This document shows, in pieces, positions 14,913 through 20,000 of a stretch of 20,000 bases of DNA; the first letter of the stretch is position 1, and every line of letters starts with the position of its first letter. The notes below the pieces were generated by a model. It ran no database searches. It was not told the DNA's origin and saw only the letters and a list, made by a program, of their open reading frames with translations. The position numbers and the translations under genes are program-made. Origin of the DNA: Planctomycetota bacterium (GTDB lineage Bacteria; Planctomycetota; Planctomycetia; JALXBF01); contig JALXBF010000118.1 in the NCBI GenBank assembly GCA_026991575.1, positions 106,289 to 126,288 of the forward strand. The letters are read 5' to 3'.

Positions 14913-17447
14913 ATGGTCCGTCGTCTACTGATCGGTATCTGCCTTGGGCTTTGCCTGGCTGTGTCCGCGTTCGCGCAGCTGGCGCCCTTCAATGCCAAGC
15001 CCAGGTCGGTGCGCACGCGGACGTTTGACACCGAGCACCTGAAGCTCGAATTGCGGTTTGACTGGGACCGCCGCACCGTCACCGGTACCGCCACGCTCAC
15101 GCTGACGCCGTTCCGAGAGCTGCATCAACTGGAACTGGACGCAGTCGAGTTACGAGTCGAGGACGTGTGGGTTGGAACGGGGCCGGATCGGCTCGCACGG
15201 AGCCGTTTTCAGCGTCGGCCCGGGCGGCTCGTCGTCCTGCCAGAGAAGCGGTTGCGGCCAGGGAAGAAATACTGGGTGAAGGTGCAGTACACGGTGGTGG
15301 AGCCACGCCGGGGGGTGCACTTCGTGGTTCCCGGCCCCAAAGAGCCCCACAAGCATCGGGTGGTGTGGACCCAGAATGAGCCGGAATTCGCACGGTACTG
15401 GATCCCTTGCTATGACGCACCCAACGATCGCCTGACCAGTGAGACGCTGGTCACGGTGCCCAAAGAGATGTTTGTCCTGTCGAATGGCGTGCTTCGCGGG
15501 CGTTCCGAGAATGATGACGGCACGGTGACCTGGCACTGGGTCCAGGAGCAAGACCACGTTGTTTACCTCGTATCCGTCGTCGCGGGCACGTTCGTGCCGT
15601 ATGAGCAGAAGTGGCGCGACGTTCCGATCGTCTCGTATGTGCCGCCCGAGTACGTGCACCTGGCCGAGAACTCCTTCGTGCACACCCCTGCAATGATGGA
15701 CCTGTTCTCGCGGCTGATCGGTGTGAAGTATCCGTGGCCGAAGTATGCACAGATTTGCTGCGACGAGTATGGCGGCGGCATGGAGCACACGTCGGCCACG
15801 ACGCTCGCGCTCGACACGCTGCACGACGACCGCGCGCACCTGGACGTCAGCAGCGAAGGGCTGGTGGCCCACGAACTAGCCCACCAGTGGTGGGGCAATC
15901 TGCTGACGTGCAAGGACTGGGCTGAGATCTGGTTAAACGAGAGCTTCGCCACGTACTTCGCCACCCTTTGGACCGAACACCACAAGGGCTGGGACGAGGC
16001 GACCTGGGAGCGTTACCAGCATCAGCTGCGGTACCTGCGCGAGGCGCGGCGTTATCGCCGGCCAATTGTCACGTACCGTTACCCATCGCCGGGGGCCATG
16101 TTCGATGCCCACAGCTATCCCAAGGGCGGACGCGTCCTGCACACACTGCGTTATGTCCTGGGAGACCGGCTGTTCTATCGGGCACTTCGCCACTACGCCC
16201 GCAAGAACGCGTTCCGGGTGGTCGAGACCGCGGACCTGCGTACGGCCATTGAGGAGGCCACCGGCTATGGCATGAACTGGTTCTTCGACCAGTGGATCTA
16301 CGGTGCCGGGCATCCGGTGTTTCGGGTTACCGGTTCCTGGGATGGCGACGCGGGCGCATTCAAACTAGTCGTCGAGCAGACGCAGGAGGGGGAGGCGGTC
16401 CCGGAGGTGTACCGCACGCCGGTTGAGCTGACGGTGTTGTCAGAGAAGGGGGAGCCAGTTCTGACGCGGCGGCTTTGGATTGATGAGCGGCGGCAAGTTT
16501 TCGTGTTGCCGCTCAAGCACGCGCCGGCCTCCTGGTGCTTTGATGGTCCGGACTGGGTGCTGGAGGTACACGACATTCGCAGGAGCGACGCTGAGTGGCG
16601 TTTTCGCGCGTTGCGTGATCCCCACCTGCTGTGTCGCCTTGAGGCCGTGCAGAAGCTCGATCGCCGGGGCGTCCGTGAGCGGTTTGTCGCGACGCTGGCT
16701 AGGGTGGCCGAGCGCGACCCGTTTTGGGCCGTACGCGCGGAGGCAGCCCGCGTGCTCGGTCGCGCGGGCGGGCCGCAGGCCAAGGCAGCTCTCCTGCGCG
16801 TAGCACGTCGGGATACGAAGTCGGCGGTGCGCACGGCCGCCCTGCAGGCTCTCGGTTCCTACCGGGGTAAGGATGTGGCGGACGCACTGGAGGCGGCTGC
16901 GCGCACGGACAGATCCTACTTCGCCGTTGCTGCCGCCCTGCGCAGCCTCACCCGCGTTGCCCCGGATCGGGCACGCCCGCTGCTGAAGCAGGCACTCCAC
17001 CAACCCAGCTACCGCGAAATCCTGCTGCGCGCTGCCGTGGACGGACTCGTCCAACTCGGTGATCGCTCCGTGACGGAGCGGATCAAGCAAATCCTCAAAG
17101 GACCGTCCACCGTACGGCAACGGCTGGCCGTGTACCGGGCTGCACTGCAGTTGGCAGAGGGCAAGGAACGCGAGCAGATCATCGACCTGCTCCTTGAAGA
17201 CATGGACGATCCCAGACGGGGCATCCGTCAAAGCCTTGCCGCGATCCTGGGCGACAGCGGCAGCGCGCGGGCGCTGCAAGCACTACGCAAGATGCGTAGC
17301 CAGGAAGAGTGGGCCTGGGTTCGGCAGTCGCTGGATGATGCCATCGAGCGGCTGGAACAGAGCCTTCAACGGCAGCAGTCACTGGAGCGCCGCATCGAGC
17401 AGCTCGAACGGAAGATACGCCAGTTGGAGCAATCCAAGCCGAACTGA
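14913..17447 (+). CDS. M1 family zinc aminopeptidase (PepN-like) with signal peptide, HEAT repeats and C-terminal coiled coil
   Basis: GGMEH (GxMEN-like) motif, HELAHQW-x-WLNESFA (HExxH-x18-E) and YPKGGRVL. HEAT-like repeats (DPFWAVRAEAARVLG, DTKSAVRTAALQALG, DRSYFAVAAALRSL). Signal peptide MVRRLLIGICLGLCLAVSAFA. GAGGT RBS at 14901-14905. Confidence 0.92.
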   Translation: MVRRLLIGICLGLCLAVSAFAQLAPFNAKPRSVRTRTFDTEHLKLELRFDWDRRTVTGTATLTLTPFRELHQLELDAVELRVEDVWVGTGPDRLARSRFQRRPGRLVVLPEKRLRPGKKYWVKVQYTVVEPRRGVHFVVPGPKEPHKHRVVWTQNEPEFARYWIPCYDAPNDRLTSETLVTVPKEMFVLSNGVLRGRSENDDGTVTWHWVQEQDHVVYLVSVVAGTFVPYEQKWRDVPIVSYVPPEYVHLAENSFVHTPAMMDLFSRLIGVKYPWPKYAQICCDEYGGGMEHTSATTLALDTLHDDRAHLDVSSEGLVAHELAHQWWGNLLTCKDWAEIWLNESFATYFATLWTEHHKGWDEATWERYQHQLRYLREARRYRRPIVTYRYPSPGAMFDAHSYPKGGRVLHTLRYVLGDRLFYRALRHYARKNAFRVVETADLRTAIEEATGYGMNWFFDQWIYGAGHPVFRVTGSWDGDAGAFKLVVEQTQEGEAVPEVYRTPVELTVLSEKGEPVLTRRLWIDERRQVFVLPLKHAPASWCFDGPDWVLEVHDIRRSDAEWRFRALRDPHLLCRLEAVQKLDRRGVRERFVATLARVAERDPFWAVRAEAARVLGRAGGPQAKAALLRVARRDTKSAVRTAALQALGSYRGKDVADALEAAARTDRSYFAVAAALRSLTRVAPDRARPLLKQALHQPSYREILLRAAVDGLVQLGDRSVTERIKQILKGPSTVRQRLAVYRAALQLAEGKEREQIIDLLLEDMDDPRRGIRQSLAAILGDSGSARALQALRKMRSQEEWAWVRQSLDDAIERLEQSLQRQQSLERRIEQLERKIRQLEQSKPN

Positions 17448-17726
17448 GCCTCCTACGGGCGATAGCGCCGCCCCACGCCGTACGGATCCGGTCAGGGGGG
17501 CCAGGTCGGCCGATCCGCGCTCGCAGCCGGTCCTGGGGGCCGTGCGACGGCGTGGCCACGCCAAACGCTGACGGAACACGCCTGCGCGACGGCGTGCACG
17601 GCGGGACCGGGCAGGCTACCCGGCTGTCGATCGCCTAAGCTGCTGCCGGAACTCCCTCCCGTGTGTTCCGGAGCGGTGGCCTCCGTGACCGGTCCTGCTT
17701 TCCCTTGCCGCCGCGACGGATCGCGG

Positions 17727-18842
17727 TTAGTCGATCCAGTCCTGTTCTTTCAACTTGCGTGGCAGGTAGTCCGTGGTGAGGTAGCGGAAGTCCTTGTTGG
17801 CCAGCGCGTCCAGCTCGTACTTCAGACCCGTCTCCAGCATGTGCTTGATTTCGCGCTGCCATACCCTCTTAGAGAACCACGGGTACCTCAGCAGCTCCTT
17901 GGCACGGCGGATGTCGCTGGGAGTCAGCTTGATGCCGACGTTTCGGGGGAGACCGTGCTTCTCCGGGTCGAAGCTACTGAGTCCTAGGAACTTCGCGTCC
18001 GGGATGGCCATTCGCTGGCTTTCGAACGCCAGGTTGATCGAACCCTGCTTGATGACCGAGTAGATGTAGTATCCCCAGGGATCGTTGTCGACCAACACGT
18101 AGATGGGCAGGCCGTATTCGTCGTGTAGCCGCCGGGCAAGCCGGCGGACACCCCGTGGTGGCTGGCCATTGCCGGTCATGAGGATACAGTTGTGCTTCTT
18201 CCAGAACTTGTCCTCCGACAGCCGGTTGAACTGCGTGCCCTTCTCGACGATGAGGACGAAATCGGCAGTGACTTTCTTGATGTCCAGTTCGCCTGGCTCG
18301 ACGATCGACGGTACGGTCTTGCCCGCCTTGCCCTGGCGGGTGCAGTCGATGACATCGCCGCCCTCGACAAAGACGATCGGGCCGACGATGGAACCGGATT
18401 CGGCCGCTCGTACGTTGAGCTCCTCACGGAGGAGCGACAGGGTCACTTCCAGATCTTCGATTACCGTGTCAGACTCGTTTTGATCGTCAAACGTGTTCTC
18501 GTTCGTTCCGGGAATGGTGTGCTTGGTGCGGTAGTAGATCTCTCGCAAGGAGGTGCTGAAGTTTTCTGACTGCAGCACCTTCAGGGCATCGGCCACGAGG
18601 AGCGTTTGCATGAACTTCTTGGCCATGCCCAGGTTGAAGAAGGTGCGCTGCGTCTTGTTGTTGCCCATCTCGATCATGCCGCGCTTCTTGTTGAACGAGA
18701 CGTTCGACAGGGCGCGGACCGGTACCTGGATGCACGGATCGCGCCCTTCGCGCGCGGCCTGGATCACGATGTCCGCCAGGCTCTCCAGAGCCTTCGCGAC
18801 TTCTCTATTGGTCTTTCGCTTCCTACGTGTTACGGTTGCCAT
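17727..18842 (-). CDS. top6A: DNA topoisomerase VI subunit A (Spo11 homolog)
   Basis: Winged-helix motif SLREIYY (catalytic Tyr region), FDDQNESD..IEDLE, Toprim LIVEK, GNGQP, VDNDPWGYYIY and KYELDAL. Confidence 0.95.
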   Translation of the reverse strand: MATVTRRKRKTNREVAKALESLADIVIQAAREGRDPCIQVPVRALSNVSFNKKRGMIEMGNNKTQRTFFNLGMAKKFMQTLLVADALKVLQSENFSTSLREIYYRTKHTIPGTNENTFDDQNESDTVIEDLEVTLSLLREELNVRAAESGSIVGPIVFVEGGDVIDCTRQGKAGKTVPSIVEPGELDIKKVTADFVLIVEKGTQFNRLSEDKFWKKHNCILMTGNGQPPRGVRRLARRLHDEYGLPIYVLVDNDPWGYYIYSVIKQGSINLAFESQRMAIPDAKFLGLSSFDPEKHGLPRNVGIKLTPSDIRRAKELLRYPWFSKRVWQREIKHMLETGLKYELDALANKDFRYLTTDYLPRKLKEQDWID

Positions 18843-18896
18843 TGCGCTCTTCCGTCACGTTTCGCCGGTGCCGTGCTTGGGGGGCTACCAGATGGG

Positions 18897-20000
18897 CTAA
18901 CGCTTACGGGAGCGGACTTGCCGGGCCGCCGCCTGAGCGGCCAGTTCGTGGACGTCGCCCTTCAGTTGGCCGTCCTCGGTACGGATGACCGCGCCGGCCA
19001 GTTCCGGATCATCCTCTGCAGCTTTGACTCGCTTCAGGATGCGGTCCGTTTCGATGCCGCCGGTGACCTCTTCGGCGATGCGGAGCAGCTGTTTCTTGAG
19101 CCGTTCTTTGCTGATCTTGCCGTCCTTGAGGCGGTAGCACGCCTCGGCCACTTCCTCGATGTAGCGCGCAAAGGTGAATCGGCGCTGCAGCTCGTTGCGT
19201 GCCTGCTGGCGCTTGCGCAACCAGATGGCTAGCTTCCGGCCGCATTCCTGCAGCGCCAGCCGGATCTCACGAACAATTTCGTCATATTCGGCGATTGCCT
19301 CTTTCGCTTCGTTCGTGAACGGCACCCAGACGCTGGCCATGTGGATGACGATGGTCATCGGTCCCTGGGGCAGGGCTCCTTTGGACTGGGACAGGCCGTA
19401 GTTGCGCCAGTTCGTGTTCAGCACGGCCTTGTAGGTTGCGCACGCGGACTGCTGGTAGATAAGCGGCACGCGGTTGGCGAAGCGAATCACCCGGGCCAGT
19501 TCGGTATTGTCCTTGCCCTTCTGTTCCCCCTCCGCCTGGGCCTCACCATTACCACCATTAGCTAGTTCCTCGGCCACCTTGCTCAGGCTCCCGCCGTCTC
19601 CTCTGCCATAGGCGATCGCGACCTCGATCTGGAACGGGTTGCCGCGGTAGACGGCTGGTGCCCGGGTTGTTGCCACGTAGAAGTCCGCCGGGATGGTCTT
19701 GACCAACCCGGACTTCAGCGCTTCTTCGCCGATGGGCGACAGGCAGTCAGTCGGGGGGGCCATGAACTTGGTCTGCTGAATGGCTTTGTACAGCTTTTCG
19801 ATCTCCTTAGCGGAGAGCTTCTTGGGGCGCGCATCCGGGCTGATGCCCGCCTTTCGGCAGATCTCCTGGGCAACCCTGGCAGAGACGCGGCAGAAGTCGC
19901 CGGCCAGGAAGGTGCTCACCGTGCGAGCTGTCGTGTCATGAGCCATCCGCATCAGCATACCGAGTTCGACGCCGAGCGGATGGGGTTTCGTTTCGCGCGC
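18897..20000 (-). CDS. top6B: DNA topoisomerase VI subunit B (5' partial; H2TH and transducer domains)
   Basis: The frame stays open to the window edge (ARETKPHPLGVELGM). Motifs KPHP.G, PPTDCLSPIG, YRGNPFQIEVAIAYG, RFANRVPLIYQQSAC, WRNYGL and VPFTNEAKEAIA. Ends 54 nt before top6A. Confidence 0.95.
   Translation of the reverse strand, partial: ARETKPHPLGVELGMLMRMAHDTTARTVSTFLAGDFCRVSARVAQEICRKAGISPDARPKKLSAKEIEKLYKAIQQTKFMAPPTDCLSPIGEEALKSGLVKTIPADFYVATTRAPAVYRGNPFQIEVAIAYGRGDGGSLSKVAEELANGGNGEAQAEGEQKGKDNTELARVIRFANRVPLIYQQSACATYKAVLNTNWRNYGLSQSKGALPQGPMTIVIHMASVWVPFTNEAKEAIAEYDEIVREIRLALQECGRKLAIWLRKRQQARNELQRRFTFARYIEEVAEACYRLKDGKISKERLKKQLLRIAEEVTGGIETDRILKRVKAAEDDPELAGAVIRTEDGQLKGDVHELAAQAAARQVRSRKR

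Noticed and set aside
15150..17279. Long antisense ORFs (15150..15872, 16440..17279) and similar ones opposite other genes
   Set aside because: These are shadows of well-supported genes, caused by the scarcity of stop codons at high GC.
17540..17600. Direct repeats as a possible CRISPR remnant
   Set aside because: Only two 11-bp copies, too short for CRISPR repeats, and no cas genes are present.

Overview
High-GC bacterial chromosomal DNA, probably from a Planctomycetota member. This is an inference from the protein styles (MEKWPIGVF epimerase, KCRSRxH class IV aminotransferase, bacterial topoisomerase VI), not a search result. In order, the window holds: a 5'-truncated PHP/CehA-McbA-like metallohydrolase; a fold-type III PLP enzyme; a Zn-dependent alcohol dehydrogenase (-); an orphan ParA/Soj ATPase coupled by an ATGA overlap to an unannotated 99-aa acidic protein; a ~570-bp apparently non-coding region with several stems; a GT4 glycosyltransferase; a TIM-barrel sugar-phosphate isomerase/epimerase (-); a partial Wzy-type polysaccharide export cluster (Wza, GumC/Wzc-N co-polymerase, BY-kinase-like protein lacking the Walker A lysine, Wzy/O-antigen-ligase-like protein); a class IV aminotransferase; an exported M1 aminopeptidase with HEAT repeats; and a top6B-top6A pair (-, top6B cut by the window edge). 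I recognised no tRNA, rRNA, CRISPR array or mobile element. The best leads for something undescribed are the ParA plus small-partner module, the pseudokinase and nested-domain Wza of the export cluster, and the non-coding region at 5955-6521.
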